A DNA stretch of 64,000 nt from Candidatus Multivoradales bacterium. Lineage in GTDB: Bacteria; Acidobacteriota; Thermoanaerobaculia; Multivoradales; JAHEKO01. The notes beneath the pieces are model-generated. The model worked only from the letters and a program-made list of their open reading frames with translations. It had not been told where the DNA came from and searched no databases. How positions within the stretch are numbered: position 1 is the first letter of the stretch; each line of letters starts with the position of its first letter. Positions 46,326-57,740 of the stretch are shown here, piece after piece. Location: NCBI GenBank assembly GCA_965248055.1, contig CBDFIJ010000004.1:2400001-2464000 (forward strand), in the 5' to 3' direction. A program made the translations under genes and the position numbers.

Positions 46326-47915
46326 ATGGGATCTGACGACAAACCAACCAATGCTCAAGGAGCGAAGATTTCCACCCAAGAGCTTTTTGGCGATTTTCTG
46401 GGCGAGGTGGAATCTGCGTGGGATGCGGGCTTGGTCGCCGCAGAGGAGAAAGACGCAGATCGCGGTGCCTCGGTATCTGCAGCGCTTTCTGTTCCGGTGC
46501 AGAGCCCCAGTCGGACGGGGAACCCTTCGGCTGAGCCCATGGAATCATTGCAAGCTCCGGAGCCGCGGCAGACGGCGGGGGTATCGCAGGAGGGTGGCAT
46601 TGTCCTCGACGGCCTTGAGGATACGGCACCGACGGAAGTCCTTGACGCTCCTGAAGTCGAGGCGCAGACCGAGACGCTTCCTTCTGTCGTAGATTCCCAG
46701 GTAAACGCTACCCCCAACTCTGAGAGCAATGCATTTGAGAGCCGTGCCCCTGAGAACGAACTACCCGAAACCAGTTTAGGTGTGAGCGCGTTGTCGGGAG
46801 CACCAGCGAGCGAGGATTTGGACGTACCTGCGGCGAGTTCTCTTGGGCGAGAAGGCGCAGAAGACACGTCGATCGAGCTTGAAGAGCCAATCTCCCAAGA
46901 AGCGGTCCGCCAAAAAGTAGCCCTTGAAGAGCCGGTACCAGCCCAACCCACCGGGGCGTCGCCAAGCATCGGACCCGACTTGGCGATCCCGTTGCTGGCG
47001 AGGTTTACTGCAGAACTGCAAAGAGAAGAGGGGCAAACCGAACCCACATCGATAGAAGAAACCACGACTCTCGAAGCGGACTTGGATCAGGTGGAGTCCG
47101 TAGTCCTTCTTGACTCGGGAACGCCCCAACTCGGTGCGGCCGAAATCGGGGAACCACCGGTTGACCAGCCATTGGCGTCAGACTGCGAGTCCGCAGCAGC
47201 AAAAGTGGAGGCGATTGAGTCCACTGCCTATATGCCTTGGATGGAAGATGGTTCCGGGACCAATTGGGCGCGGCTAGCTGCCATGGCGCTCCTTGTTGGG
47301 GTTTTCGGGCTGATTGTTTGGTGGTTTGCCTTTCGTCAGACGACCGGGGCGACAGACGCGACCGGAGCTACCAGCTCCGCAGTCTCAACTGCTGCAGATG
47401 TAGCCACACCGATCGCACCTGTGACGCAAAGCCCTGAGCAAACCATCCCGGCGGCCGGTGAATTGATCCCTGGGCAGACCGGCGAGCAGGCTGACGAGCT
47501 GACGACAGCAGAACTCGCGGTCGCTTTGGTGTCCGGGTCTACGGAAGTCGATGGCCCAACAGTCGAGTCCTCAGGCGTGGTGGCCACCCAAGAACGAATT
47601 TCTGCCTGGCTGGACTCTGAGATGGCGGTTCGCGAGCAACGGCTGCGTGCTGTATTTGACGAGCAGCGCCGCCAGATTGAAGAGGAGATTGCCAGGATCG
47701 AGTTGGCTACTACTGGGGCGGTGGTGCCGGCGGACACGCAAGCCGACCAACCGGGGAATGCACAGACTGCCGTATCAACCGAGGTGCCGGTTCAAGAGTT
47801 AGCGCAACAATCGGCAGCCGAAGAGTCAGGGCAAGATTCAGTAGCCGGTAATCCGCGTGAGACCGGCGAAGTGGCTGCGCCTAGGGACGCAGCTGCGGAG
47901 GGTGGCGAGGGCTAA
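46326..47915 (+). CDS. Acidic low-complexity single-TM protein with a coiled coil
   Basis: 529-aa ORF rich in E/A/S/P; TM LAAMALLVGVFGLIVWWFAF; AGGAG RBS. Confidence 0.7.
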   Translation: MGSDDKPTNAQGAKISTQELFGDFLGEVESAWDAGLVAAEEKDADRGASVSAALSVPVQSPSRTGNPSAEPMESLQAPEPRQTAGVSQEGGIVLDGLEDTAPTEVLDAPEVEAQTETLPSVVDSQVNATPNSESNAFESRAPENELPETSLGVSALSGAPASEDLDVPAASSLGREGAEDTSIELEEPISQEAVRQKVALEEPVPAQPTGASPSIGPDLAIPLLARFTAELQREEGQTEPTSIEETTTLEADLDQVESVVLLDSGTPQLGAAEIGEPPVDQPLASDCESAAAKVEAIESTAYMPWMEDGSGTNWARLAAMALLVGVFGLIVWWFAFRQTTGATDATGATSSAVSTAADVATPIAPVTQSPEQTIPAAGELIPGQTGEQADELTTAELAVALVSGSTEVDGPTVESSGVVATQERISAWLDSEMAVREQRLRAVFDEQRRQIEEEIARIELATTGAVVPADTQADQPGNAQTAVSTEVPVQELAQQSAAEESGQDSVAGNPRETGEVAAPRDAAAEGGEG

Positions 47916-48023
47916 ACTCTCCTGCTTTGATCCTTTTCTGCTGGAAACTCAAGGTTTGATTTTTTTCGAAGCGAGCTAAACTCGCCAACCGGGTTGTCAG
48001 TGCTCCCGTAATACTGAAATCAA

Positions 48024-48869
48024 ATGCCTTGGTTTAGAAAAGCTCGCCAACCGAAACCACTCCGAGAAAGAGCCAGTCGGAGCGGCGTTCCCGAGGGCTT
48101 GTGGGTTAAGTGCGGCGGTTGTCGTGAAATCGTCTACTCCAAAGAAGTCACCAAGAATGGTGAGATCTGTCCCAAGTGCGGTTTTCACTTTCGCATTGGA
48201 GTGGACGCGCGAGTCGATCTGCTGCTCGATCCCGGAGCGGTCGAAATAGAGACCGGAATTGTTTCCGGCGACCCACTCTCGTTCAAGGACCAAAAGCCCT
48301 ACTCGGCGCGGTTGTCCGAGTACCGCAAGCGAACCGGTGTAGAAGACGCGGTGAGGGTCTATGAAGGGGAGCTCGACGGAGTGGCGGTGATTCTTGCGGT
48401 GATGGACTATCAGTTCATGGGTGGTTCGATGGGCTCGGTAGTGGGAGAGAAAATCACCCGAGCGATTGAGCATGCCGTGGCAGTCGAGCGACCCTTGATC
48501 GTGGTATCCGCTTCCGGCGGAGCCAGGATGCAAGAAGGGGTTCTTTCGCTGATGCAAATGGCGAAGATCTCTGCGGCTTTGTCGAGACTTCGAAAGGGAT
48601 CGATGCCGTATATTTCGATCCTCACCGATCCGACGACTGGTGGTGTCACCGCATCTTTCGCCATGCTTGGAGATATTAATATTGCCGAGCCCGGCGCCTT
48701 GATTGGTTTTGCCGGGCAGCGCGTGATCCAACAGACGATTCGCCAAGAGCTTCCAGAGGGATTTCAGCGAAGCGAGTTCCTCCTCGAACACGGATTTCTG
48801 GATGCGGTGGTTCCCCGAGACGCACTCAAAAAGACCGTTTCCACTGCCATAGGCCACTTTTCCGGTTGA
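48024..48869 (+). CDS. accD: Acetyl-CoA carboxylase carboxyltransferase beta subunit
   Basis: LWVKC..C...C..C zinc finger, FMGGSMG, SGGARMQEG, PTTGGV.ASF. Confidence 0.96.
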   Translation: MPWFRKARQPKPLRERASRSGVPEGLWVKCGGCREIVYSKEVTKNGEICPKCGFHFRIGVDARVDLLLDPGAVEIETGIVSGDPLSFKDQKPYSARLSEYRKRTGVEDAVRVYEGELDGVAVILAVMDYQFMGGSMGSVVGEKITRAIEHAVAVERPLIVVSASGGARMQEGVLSLMQMAKISAALSRLRKGSMPYISILTDPTTGGVTASFAMLGDINIAEPGALIGFAGQRVIQQTIRQELPEGFQRSEFLLEHGFLDAVVPRDALKKTVSTAIGHFSG

Positions 48870-48873
48870 CCTA

Positions 48874-50244
48874 GTGAGTAGAGCGGGCGATCCGCCAGGC
48901 CAGATACTGGCCCGCCTCGAGTCGACCGGGATCCGACTCGGCCTTGCCCGGATTCGGGCGCTCCTTTATCAGTTCGGCGACCCCCAGAAAACTCTTCCAG
49001 CGGTGTTGGTGGCCGGGACCAATGGAAAAGGCACCACCAGCGCCAATCTGGCCGCAATGTTGTCTGCTGCGGGTTTTACGACCGGGCTCTACAGTTCGCC
49101 GCACCTTGAGTTCGTGGAGGAACGTATCCGGGTAGACGGACTGACGATCGAGTCACACGAGCTGTCACGGTTGTTGCGAGAAGTGGTTGATGCCGCAGTG
49201 GAGGCGGGTTTTGAACCGCCGACTTATTTCGAGGCCATGACCACTGCGGCGATCCTCCATTTCTCGCGGACTCCGGTCGAGGTCGCCGTCTTTGAAGTCG
49301 GTCTTGGCGGCAGACTGGATGCCACTAACGTCCTCAATCCAATTCTCTCGGTGATCACCGAGATCGGGCTCGATCATCAGAACGTCCTAGGCGATTCGTT
49401 GGACACCATTGCACGGGAGAAAGCAGGGATTCTACGTCCCGGTACAGCGTGCTGCTATTGGGTGTCCAACGCTCTGGCTCGCAGAGAAATTGAAACCCGC
49501 GCAGAGGCGCTCGGGTCGCCTTTGTTTGATGCTCGACTTGCGACCGCGATCGAGACCATCAACCACCACGATGGCGAACCAGAGAAAATTAGAGTGCAAG
49601 GTTTGAAGATAGTGGCGGAGTTTCCGACGGATGGCGGGGGAGAACATCGAGAGCGAAATCTGGCGTTGGTTCTGGTGGCCTTAGAGGTGCTGGCACGGTC
49701 TTGGCCCGATGAAGATGGTTTTGTGGTTGATCCATGGCGCGTGGAACTGGCAGTGGCCTCCTGCCTGTGGCCCGGTCGCTGTGAGTGGATTCGCCGACCG
49801 GACGGTGGCTGGGTGCTGCTGGACGGGGCTCACAATCTCCAAGGTGCGAAGGCTCTGGCAAAGCTGTTAGCGGGCAGAACCTACGGGTTGGTGTTTGGTG
49901 CCCTCATCGACAAAGAACCAGAGAAGATGATCGACGCTTTGGCCGAGGGGGCAGAGTGGACGATCGTTACCCAGCCACCGAACCAACGATCACAAGATCC
50001 GCACGTATTGGCCTCGACGATTGCCGCCGCGCAGGTCCATCGCCAACCGACCGATGCCCTAGGTGTCGCTCTAGGTCGAGCTCATTCTGAGTGTGTGGTT
50101 GTGGTCTGTGGGTCGCTGTATCTGGTGGGAGCGGTGCGCTCTAGGCTGCGCGAACTGTGGGGTCGCCCGGACTCGGTGGAGAGAATCTACCAGCCGTTCT
50201 TGCCGAACCGCCCCGATGAACCAAAGGGCGCGCAGGATCCTTAG
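48874..50244 (+). CDS. folC: Folylpolyglutamate/dihydrofolate synthase
   Basis: [43 protein letters not shown]; follows accD. Confidence 0.94.
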   Translation: MSRAGDPPGQILARLESTGIRLGLARIRALLYQFGDPQKTLPAVLVAGTNGKGTTSANLAAMLSAAGFTTGLYSSPHLEFVEERIRVDGLTIESHELSRLLREVVDAAVEAGFEPPTYFEAMTTAAILHFSRTPVEVAVFEVGLGGRLDATNVLNPILSVITEIGLDHQNVLGDSLDTIAREKAGILRPGTACCYWVSNALARREIETRAEALGSPLFDARLATAIETINHHDGEPEKIRVQGLKIVAEFPTDGGGEHRERNLALVLVALEVLARSWPDEDGFVVDPWRVELAVASCLWPGRCEWIRRPDGGWVLLDGAHNLQGAKALAKLLAGRTYGLVFGALIDKEPEKMIDALAEGAEWTIVTQPPNQRSQDPHVLASTIAAAQVHRQPTDALGVALGRAHSECVVVVCGSLYLVGAVRSRLRELWGRPDSVERIYQPFLPNRPDEPKGAQDP

Positions 50245-51479
50245 ACCGGGAATCCTCGGCACAAGTCACGGACCTGTGATTCGATCGAGGACAGCAAGGA
50301 ATCGTTCTCCGGGTCGTGGATGATTTGAGAGATCCAGTCGGCGATTTGGCTCACCTCGCCATCGCCCATACCCCGTGTCGTGATCGCCGCGCTGCCGATA
50401 CGAATGCCCGAGGCGACCATCGGCGGCAATGGGTCAAAGGGGATGGTGTTTTTGTTGACCGTGATTCCTGCTCGATCCAATGCCGCTTCCACCACCTTAC
50501 CGGTGGTGTCAGCCGAGGCAACATCTACCAAGAAAACATGGTTGTCAGTACCACCGGAAACGATCCGTAGTCCGCGTTGACCAAGTTCTGCGGCCAGGTT
50601 CTGTGCGTTGGCGACTAGCTGCCGCTGGTAGCCCGCGAAATCGGCTCCGGCGGCCTCCTTTAGCGCCACCGCTTTCGCGGCGATGATGTGCATCATCGGC
50701 CCGCCTTGAATCCCCGGGAAAACCGCTCGGTCAATCGATTTCTTGTGCGCGCGTCGGGTCAGGATCAAACCGCCCCGAGGACCGCGGAGAGTCTTATGCG
50801 TTGTCGTGGTGACGAAATCACAGTGAGGCACCGGCGAGGGATGGATCCCGGTGGCAACCAGGCCAGCAATGTGGGCGATGTCCGCCATCAGCAAAGAGCC
50901 ACACTGGTCGGCGATTTTTCGGAAGCGGGCGAAGTCAATGACCCGGCTATAGGCCGACGCTCCACAGACGATCATTTTCGGTCGTTCTTTGAGTGCCAGG
51001 CCGGCGACTTCGTCGTAGTCAATGCGCTCGTTATCCCGATCGACGCCGTATGACACCACTTCGAAATCGCGCCCGGAATAAGACAGAGGATGACCATGGG
51101 TCAAATGGCCGCCACTGGCCAGGTCCATTCCCATCAACTTTTCGCCGGGACGAAGGGCGGAGAAGTAGACTGCCATGTTGGCTGAAGTACCGCTGTGAGG
51201 TTGGACGTTGGCGTGCTCTGCGCCAAACAGGGCTTGTGCTCGGTCGATCGCTAACTGCTCACCGATGTCGACGAACTCACAGCCACCGTAATAACGGCGT
51301 CCTGGATAACCCTCGGCATACTTGTTGGTGAGTACCGAACCAGTGGCTTCCAGTACCGCCTGGCTGACAAAATTTTCGGAGGCGATTAGCTCCAGTCCGT
51401 CCCGCTGACGCGATCGTTCGCCGACGATCGCCGCGTAGACTTCTGGATCTGCTTGTCCGAGAGGAGGTCCGAGACCCAC
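50241..51479 (-). CDS. glyA: Serine hydroxymethyltransferase
   Basis: [41 protein letters not shown]. Confidence 0.97.
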   Translation of the reverse strand: MGLGPPLGQADPEVYAAIVGERSRQRDGLELIASENFVSQAVLEATGSVLTNKYAEGYPGRRYYGGCEFVDIGEQLAIDRAQALFGAEHANVQPHSGTSANMAVYFSALRPGEKLMGMDLASGGHLTHGHPLSYSGRDFEVVSYGVDRDNERIDYDEVAGLALKERPKMIVCGASAYSRVIDFARFRKIADQCGSLLMADIAHIAGLVATGIHPSPVPHCDFVTTTTHKTLRGPRGGLILTRRAHKKSIDRAVFPGIQGGPMMHIIAAKAVALKEAAGADFAGYQRQLVANAQNLAAELGQRGLRIVSGGTDNHVFLVDVASADTTGKVVEAALDRAGITVNKNTIPFDPLPPMVASGIRIGSAAITTRGMGDGEVSQIADWISQIIHDPENDSLLSSIESQVRDLCRGFPV

Positions 51480-51483
51480 CGGA

Positions 51484-51882
51484 TCAGGTCTTCTTGGTCG
51501 TGGTTTTCTTGGTCGCTGTTTTCTTGGCTACGATTTTCTTGCTAGCAGCCTTCTTCTTGGTCGCAGTCTTTTTGGCGGCAGTTTTCTTAGCTACCGTCTT
51601 TTTAGCTGCGGTTTTCTTGCTAGTCGCTTTCTTCGCGGTGGTTTTCTTGGTCGTGGTTTTCTTGGCCGCTGTTTTCTTGGCTACGGTTTTCTTGCTAGCA
51701 GCCTTCTTCTTGGCAGCAGTCTTTTTGGTGACTTTCTTCTCCGCCGAAGTCTTCGCGTTAGCACCTCGGGCACGTTTCGACCCTGAACGCCGCGCCTTGG
51801 CGATCTCCTCACGGCGCTTACGTTTGAGGCGCTTCTGGCGCCGTTGACGGCGACGTTTTAGTTCTCGATCTTTTTCACGCAT
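51484..51882 (-). CDS. Histone H1-like, highly basic protein with KKxAx pentapeptide repeats
   Basis: Arg-rich N-terminus followed by many [15 protein letters not shown] repeats; AAAGGA RBS. Confidence 0.75.
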   Translation of the reverse strand: MREKDRELKRRRQRRQKRLKRKRREEIAKARRSGSKRARGANAKTSAEKKVTKKTAAKKKAASKKTVAKKTAAKKTTTKKTTAKKATSKKTAAKKTVAKKTAAKKTATKKKAASKKIVAKKTATKKTTTKKT

Positions 51883-52069
51883 GTTGGTCCTTTCAGTTTG
51901 CTCTGCAGAGCTGGTTCAATGCACAAGATTCGACGCACAAGAATCGTAGTCTCCAGCCCGCGCAGGACGGCGTGAGCTTGTCGAACCGCCCGGAGGCTGT
52001 CAAGCGATGGGTCGGAGGCGTTTCCTGTTCTCGCCGGTTCTTGATCTCAATGCCAGCGGTGACTTTGTC

Positions 52070-53632
52070 TCAGAGGGGGAGATTGCCGTGTTTTTTGGCC
52101 GGGACGGATTGGCGTTTCGCCGACAGTTGCCGCAGGGAGCGAATGATGGCAAACCGGGTGTCGGCGGGTTCAATCACAGCGTCGACAAACCCTCTTTCGG
52201 TGGCGATGTAGGGATTGGAGAACTTCTCGCGATACTCATCGACTTTGGATTGCCTGAGTTGGTCCGGATCGTCTGCCTCTTTGAGGTCTTTGCGGTAGAG
52301 AATGTTGACCGCTCCTTCAGAGCCCATCACCGCGATCTCGGCCGTCGGATAGGCAAAGTTGACGTCGGTGCGCAAATGCTTGGAGGCCATAACGCAATAG
52401 GCGCCGCCATAGGCTTTGCGGGTGATTACGGTGATCTTGGGTACCGTTGCTTCAGCATAAGCGAACAGCAATTTGGCTCCGTGCTTGATGATTCCGCCAA
52501 ACTCCTGCTGCGTTCCAGGCAGAAATCCTGGGACGTCTTCAAAGGTGACCAACGGCAGGTTGAAGGCATCGCAGAAGCGCACGAATCGAGCCCCTTTGAG
52601 CGAAGCATCTATATCGAGTACTCCAGCTTGGTAGGCTGGCTGATTGGCGACGATCCCGACCGCTCTGCCGCCGAAACGGGCAAAGCCGACCACAATGTTG
52701 CGGGCATATTCCGCGTGGACCTCGAGGAATGCGCCGTCGTCAACTACTTTGGAAATTAGCTGGTGGACGTCGTAAGGACGATTAGGGTCGGTCGGGACCA
52801 GATCATTGAGTTCGGGTACCTGTCGGTCTTCTGGGTCGTCGGTGGGCTGCGCCGGCGGATCGTCAAGATTGTTCGAGGGTAGGTAGCGCAGCAGCTCTCG
52901 GATCCGGGCGAGACAGGCGGCATCATCGCTGTCGGTGAAGTGACAAACACCGCTCTTCGATGCGTGAGTGTGCGCTCCGCCCAGTTCTTCTTTGGTGACC
53001 TCCTCGTGGGTCACTGTGCGAATGACGTCGGGGCCGGTGACGAACATGTAACTGGTTTCTTCGACCATCAGGACGAAGTCCGTGATGGCGGGTGAGTACA
53101 CCGCACCGCCAGCACAAGGGCCCATAATCGCGCTGATCTGAGGTACAACGCCTGAAGCCAGGGTGTTGCGTAGGAAGATGTCGGCGTATCCGCCCAAGGA
53201 CGCGACACCTTCTTGGATGCGGGCGCCGCCTGAATCATTGAGACCGATAATCGGCGCTCCGTTCTCCATCGCTAGGTCCATAATTTTGCAAATCTTCTCG
53301 GCGTTGGTCTCAGATAGAGAACCTCCAAACACGGTGAAATCTTGGGCAAACAGATAGACCAATCTCTGATCTATGGTCCCATAACCGCAGACCACACCAT
53401 CTCCGGGTATCTGCTGTCGTTCCATGCCAAAATCATGACAACGGTGGGTTACCAAAGCGTCGACCTCGACAAAGGTGCCCGGGTCGAGCAATAACTCGAC
53501 CCGTTCATGGGCGGTCATCTTGCCCGCGGCGTGCTGTCGCTCGACGCGTTCGGCTCCGCCACCCTGGCGAGATGCGGCAAGCCGCTGCTGATATTCAGTG
53601 ATCAAATCATCCGAGAAGCGAGACTGAGACAT
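52070..53632 (-). CDS. pccB: Acyl-CoA (propionyl/methylmalonyl-CoA) carboxyltransferase beta subunit
   Basis: [56 protein letters not shown]. Confidence 0.93.
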   Translation of the reverse strand: MSQSRFSDDLITEYQQRLAASRQGGGAERVERQHAAGKMTAHERVELLLDPGTFVEVDALVTHRCHDFGMERQQIPGDGVVCGYGTIDQRLVYLFAQDFTVFGGSLSETNAEKICKIMDLAMENGAPIIGLNDSGGARIQEGVASLGGYADIFLRNTLASGVVPQISAIMGPCAGGAVYSPAITDFVLMVEETSYMFVTGPDVIRTVTHEEVTKEELGGAHTHASKSGVCHFTDSDDAACLARIRELLRYLPSNNLDDPPAQPTDDPEDRQVPELNDLVPTDPNRPYDVHQLISKVVDDGAFLEVHAEYARNIVVGFARFGGRAVGIVANQPAYQAGVLDIDASLKGARFVRFCDAFNLPLVTFEDVPGFLPGTQQEFGGIIKHGAKLLFAYAEATVPKITVITRKAYGGAYCVMASKHLRTDVNFAYPTAEIAVMGSEGAVNILYRKDLKEADDPDQLRQSKVDEYREKFSNPYIATERGFVDAVIEPADTRFAIIRSLRQLSAKRQSVPAKKHGNLPL

Positions 53633-53690
53633 GGATTCTTGTCCTTCGATCTGGGGGTTTCGCCGCAGCTATGGCACAATCCGACCTCGC

Positions 53691-54995
53691 ATGCAGCTAG
53701 TGATTGATGCTTCAGCCGTCGCCCGCAGTTTGTCACAGGTCGCCGCTGATCCTGACCAAGCGGAAGTCTTTATCGAGGCGGTCGAAGTAACCAGACTTGG
53801 ACCGACTGGGAGTCCACAGGTGCGCAGAGAATCTGGCTTTGCCGTGCGGGTGCGCGATCAGCAGCGACTGCGCATGGCATCAGAGGACAGTCTCGATACG
53901 GCGGCCTTTGAAAGAGCGTTTCGTTCGGTTGCTTCGGTACGTCCTCAGGCTCCCTACCGCGCTCCCGAAGGGCGCTGTGAGTGGGGAGATGATCCATCAA
54001 CAGCCACGCTCAGAGATTTCCGACGCCAGCTGAAGGCAGGTCTCGCCCGACGACAGGTTTCGGTGGACTACGGGCTGTCTGTTGAACATTTCCGCAGGAC
54101 GATTCTGGTGGTTGGAACGCAGGTGACCCAGCCCGAACAGACGGAAGACTTCTATTCTTTTCGCATCGATCTGCCGTGGGGCTCTTTGGGTCGGTTGAGC
54201 GTCAGCCTGGATCAGTCGGTGTGTGATCAGGTTGAGCGTCTGGTTGCCGCAGCGGTGCGCTCTGCCTCGGCAGGAGCTATTCCTAGCGGTCGCACCAATC
54301 TTCTACTTTCTCCCCAGGTGGCAGGAGTGCTGTTTCACGAGGCGGTTGGTCATGCTTTGGAAGCGGACGTTCTGGCTCGCACCGGAGCGGTGGATGGAGC
54401 CCGTGGAGTACCGCTGGCGAATTCAATTTTGAGCGTATTGGACGATCCCGGTGCTGGTCTGGAAGCAGTGGCAAGGGGTACTGACGATGAGGGTTCTCCG
54501 GTTTGCCGCCGCTGGTTGGTGCGCAGGGGGGTGGTTGAGGAAGCAGTGGCAGACTCCCGGTGGGCAAACCTGGTGGAGACTTTGCGCGCCGGATCAGGGC
54601 GAGTTTCAGATCGCCATCAACACCCGGCACCACGCATCCACCACCTGGTGGTGCTGCCTGGAAATACCTCTTGGAATGAGATGTTGGTGGCTGCCGAAGG
54701 TGGGTGGTTTGTCCCGGAAGTGGTGAGTGGGCACCTGGACGCCCACTCGGGGGTGGTTGAGATGGTGTTTGGCTGGGGTCGCAGAGTAGAGGGCGGAAAA
54801 ATTGGAGCTGCCGTTGGTCGTTTTCGGTTGCGTATGCACTTGGGAGAGTTATTGACCCAGGTCGCCTTGCTAGGAGATCGTGCCTCGTTTTCCGGGGCTG
54901 GGTGGTGCGCCAAAGACGGACACCGATTGCCAGTTTGGGCGACTACGCCTGCCGTCTTATTGCGAGATGTCGAGGTTGAACCGTGTCTGAGTTGA
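53691..54995 (+). CDS. tldD: TldD-family metalloprotease
   Basis: HEAVGHALEAD, DDEG, WCAKDG...P. Confidence 0.82.
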   Translation: MQLVIDASAVARSLSQVAADPDQAEVFIEAVEVTRLGPTGSPQVRRESGFAVRVRDQQRLRMASEDSLDTAAFERAFRSVASVRPQAPYRAPEGRCEWGDDPSTATLRDFRRQLKAGLARRQVSVDYGLSVEHFRRTILVVGTQVTQPEQTEDFYSFRIDLPWGSLGRLSVSLDQSVCDQVERLVAAAVRSASAGAIPSGRTNLLLSPQVAGVLFHEAVGHALEADVLARTGAVDGARGVPLANSILSVLDDPGAGLEAVARGTDDEGSPVCRRWLVRRGVVEEAVADSRWANLVETLRAGSGRVSDRHQHPAPRIHHLVVLPGNTSWNEMLVAAEGGWFVPEVVSGHLDAHSGVVEMVFGWGRRVEGGKIGAAVGRFRLRMHLGELLTQVALLGDRASFSGAGWCAKDGHRLPVWATTPAVLLRDVEVEPCLS

Positions 54996-56344
54996 CCCAG
55001 TCTACAACTGACGCTGAACGTCAAGACCCAGTGGACTTGGCCCAGGAACTAGCGCGACGAGAACGCTTGACCGATGTCGAGCTATACCGCAAATCGGGGA
55101 GAAGCCGAGTTTTTGTTGTCGAGACGCAGAGGCAAGCGGGCGAAGACCAACCAGTCAGAATCCGCCAGCAGGCCCGAGACCGTACGGAATCAGGTTGGGC
55201 AATTCGCTACGGGAACAAGCGCGGTTCGGGCTTCCAAAGTGGTACTGGGGAGCTACCGGCTCAGCCGGTCTTAGATCGCCCCCACGGCTACCCCCTCGAT
55301 CTCCCTCAAGAAGTTGGGGATGAGGTACCGATTCAGGAGTCAGCGGCGCTTCTTACTGAGACCATCGCGCTGCGGGCGGTGGATCGTTTAAGCCGAGTTC
55401 TTCCCCCACCGAAGATTGCGCGACGATTAGAAATTCAAGATGGGGAAGCGCATAGCACTCTGGCCAACAACCATGGAGTATTCCATCGCTGGCACCATCG
55501 AGTGGGTTCGATTTTGCTGGAAGAAAGGCTCGCATCGGGGATGGTGTTGCGTTTGAGTTCCGTTGCGGCTGACGCGGCAAGCGCGGTGGCCGAGGCCGAA
55601 AAATCCTGGCTGCAGCCTTTGGTGCAAGCCTCACAAGTGCGCGGCAGTGATGTTTCGGATCAGCTGACCGAGCGCGTGAGTGCGGTTGTTCTAGCGCCAG
55701 CGGCAGCGCCGTTCTTAGCCGCTGCGATGAGTTCCTGGTTTTCTTCCGCCAGTTCGGATCAACCTCGATTGGTGGCCAATCCTGTAGTCCAGGTGTCTGA
55801 CGCTCCAGACTGGCCACAGGGCCCGCTGAGCGTCACTGTTGACGGGCGAGGCCAACCCTTGCAGCACAGAGCGATCGTCGCTGATGGTGAGATCCAAGGC
55901 TCGGTATGGACCGACTCGGATCGCCCTTGGGTTCGCCACGGGTGGCGAGACCTACCCCAGCCGGGATTTCACCAACCTATCTGGATGCCCGGGGTTGCTG
56001 CGGTTGAAGAGCTAATCGCGGGGGTTGGCGAAGGCTGGTTGTTGACCGCCGCAGTTGAAGTGCCAGTCACTGCATCGCGGGCTAGGCCGATGGCTTGTAT
56101 AGGAGTCAAGATCGTCGACGGGCAGGTCGCGGAAGGAGCAGATGCTCGCGCCCGGGTGATTGTGGTGCAAGCTGAGGCGTCCGAATTTTGCCGAGGAATT
56201 CGTGAACTGGCAGCCGATCTGCGGTTCGTGCCGACCGGATTCGGGGTGTTGGGGATACCGGCGATGCGTATTGAGGGACTGCGGCTTTCGACGGTGGTGT
56301 CTCGGGCGGCACCCGAGATGACGATCGACGCTAGCTCCGATTAA
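54983..56344 (+). CDS. Divergent TldE/PmbA-like partner
   Basis: Coupled to tldD; D.P...GP.S..VDGRG.P; P.MRIEGL; lacks HExxxH. Confidence 0.65.
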   Translation: MSELTQSTTDAERQDPVDLAQELARRERLTDVELYRKSGRSRVFVVETQRQAGEDQPVRIRQQARDRTESGWAIRYGNKRGSGFQSGTGELPAQPVLDRPHGYPLDLPQEVGDEVPIQESAALLTETIALRAVDRLSRVLPPPKIARRLEIQDGEAHSTLANNHGVFHRWHHRVGSILLEERLASGMVLRLSSVAADAASAVAEAEKSWLQPLVQASQVRGSDVSDQLTERVSAVVLAPAAAPFLAAAMSSWFSSASSDQPRLVANPVVQVSDAPDWPQGPLSVTVDGRGQPLQHRAIVADGEIQGSVWTDSDRPWVRHGWRDLPQPGFHQPIWMPGVAAVEELIAGVGEGWLLTAAVEVPVTASRARPMACIGVKIVDGQVAEGADARARVIVVQAEASEFCRGIRELAADLRFVPTGFGVLGIPAMRIEGLRLSTVVSRAAPEMTIDASSD

Positions 56345-57153
56345 GAATTGTCTTGGTCGGCGAGTCGGCGTGCTCTTCGCCGTCGCCGCTGCTCCATGGT
56401 CGGCTCGGCTGGTTCGGCCCCGGGCTCGGCGTTGTCGGGACTCTGAGACACTGGAACTGAGGCCGCTGGGTCCACCGACGCTGCCGGTTCTACCGGGGCT
56501 TTCTCCCCGGTTTGCGGGTTCGGGACCAGTTGCTCTGCCGTCGTGTCCAACGATCTTTCTCCAGATTGAGCTTGGCCGTTCTCTAGGGTTTCTTCGAGCA
56601 ACAACTCACGGATTTCAGCTGGCTCGGCGAAACGCGGCTCGCGCACAAGTTCTCCAGAGCCTGGATCCGCGTGGAGCAATGCTCTGGTCGCGAGTTGGTT
56701 TTCCACGATTAATGGGTTTACTTCGGGAAACAACAACGATGGGCCCAGTTCAAAGGCACGGGCGTAATGGTTGATGGCTTTCCGATCTCGAGCTAAGCGC
56801 TGATAAGCCTCGCCCAGCCGGTAGTGGATCCAGGGGTCTCGTTCGTTGGTTGCCAGGGCTCGGTGCAGCAGCTTTCTGGCGCGGGGGGGGTCGTGGTCCA
56901 GCTCAACCACTCCAGCGTTATACAACGCCGTAGCGTTGTCCGGATCCAGTTCGATCGCAGTGTTGAAAGCGCTGAGCGCTGGAAGCTGCTCTCCGTTCGC
57001 CAGCAGCAGCGCGCCCAGGTCGTTCCAGGCTGCCGCGGAAGGGTCGTTTTCGACTCGCCAACGCTGATGCGCCAAGGCACTTTGATAGTTTGGGGCCGCG
57101 TTGGCCTGTGCTGAGAAGAGGAGAGTAAGAGCGATGACAGCAAATCGAATCAT
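56341..57153 (-). CDS. Exported TPR protein
   Basis: Signal peptide (ANA); AWNDLG, ALYNAG, IHYRLG. Confidence 0.8.
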   Translation of the reverse strand: MIRFAVIALTLLFSAQANAAPNYQSALAHQRWRVENDPSAAAWNDLGALLLANGEQLPALSAFNTAIELDPDNATALYNAGVVELDHDPPRARKLLHRALATNERDPWIHYRLGEAYQRLARDRKAINHYARAFELGPSLLFPEVNPLIVENQLATRALLHADPGSGELVREPRFAEPAEIRELLLEETLENGQAQSGERSLDTTAEQLVPNPQTGEKAPVEPAASVDPAASVPVSQSPDNAEPGAEPAEPTMEQRRRRRARRLADQDNS

Positions 57154-57668
57154 GGTGTGGATTCCTCGACAATACGGGCGCTGAGTTTGTAGCTATTGGC
57201 CTCGCGGCGCAGAAAGTAGACCACGGTTTGGAGATTGGTACGAGAACGAATACGGTGCGCTTCGCTTACCAGGAAACGGTGAAAGGCCTCGTGGGTGGTG
57301 GTTGCGTTGTTGGAGTAAATGGCGTCGAACAGAGGTCGAGTCTGGTCGAGAGGCGTGGCGTCATCAACAATCACTTCATGATTCGGTACCACGCGAGTGA
57401 CTGCGCGGTCCCCACGTTGCCCCGAAGAGCGTAGGCTGTGTCCGAAGTGTTCGCGCAGCGCGTTGAAGCGCCCTTCGAGTCCGCGCAGCCGAAATTGGTC
57501 GACCGTGGAGTTGCCGGAGGCCGCTTGTAGATTTCGAATCTGCAAGGCCAACGAGACCTCCACCGGTTCCGGTGGGGTGTCGGTTGCCCCTCCTAGGAAT
57601 CGGCGCCATTCGATCTCATACTGGCGAATCGAGAATTCCAGTTGAGTGAGTTGGTCGGGTATGGACAT
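57150..57668 (-). CDS. Hypothetical protein (resembles MXAN_5187 C-terminal-type proteins)
   Basis: L.QLE..I....IEW.RFLGG....PP and FRL..L..RFN patterns. Confidence 0.55.
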   Translation of the reverse strand: MSIPDQLTQLEFSIRQYEIEWRRFLGGATDTPPEPVEVSLALQIRNLQAASGNSTVDQFRLRGLEGRFNALREHFGHSLRSSGQRGDRAVTRVVPNHEVIVDDATPLDQTRPLFDAIYSNNATTTHEAFHRFLVSEAHRIRSRTNLQTVVYFLRREANSYKLSARIVEESTP

Positions 57669-57740
57669 GAATTAGATCGACGTTAGAGTTAACCTCGCGC
57701 AGACCAGACGACGAATCTAGCTACACACTCGACGAAAAGC

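Noticed and set aside
47997-48857. 286-aa antisense ORF (likewise 26290..27225, 52007..52759, 3801..4520, 46355..47065)
   Set aside because: Shadow ORFs opposite well-supported genes, expected from codon bias in GC-rich DNA.
51494-51847. Hydrophobic repeat ORF (VFLAA)n on the plus strand
   Set aside because: Antisense mirror of the Lys-rich histone-like gene.
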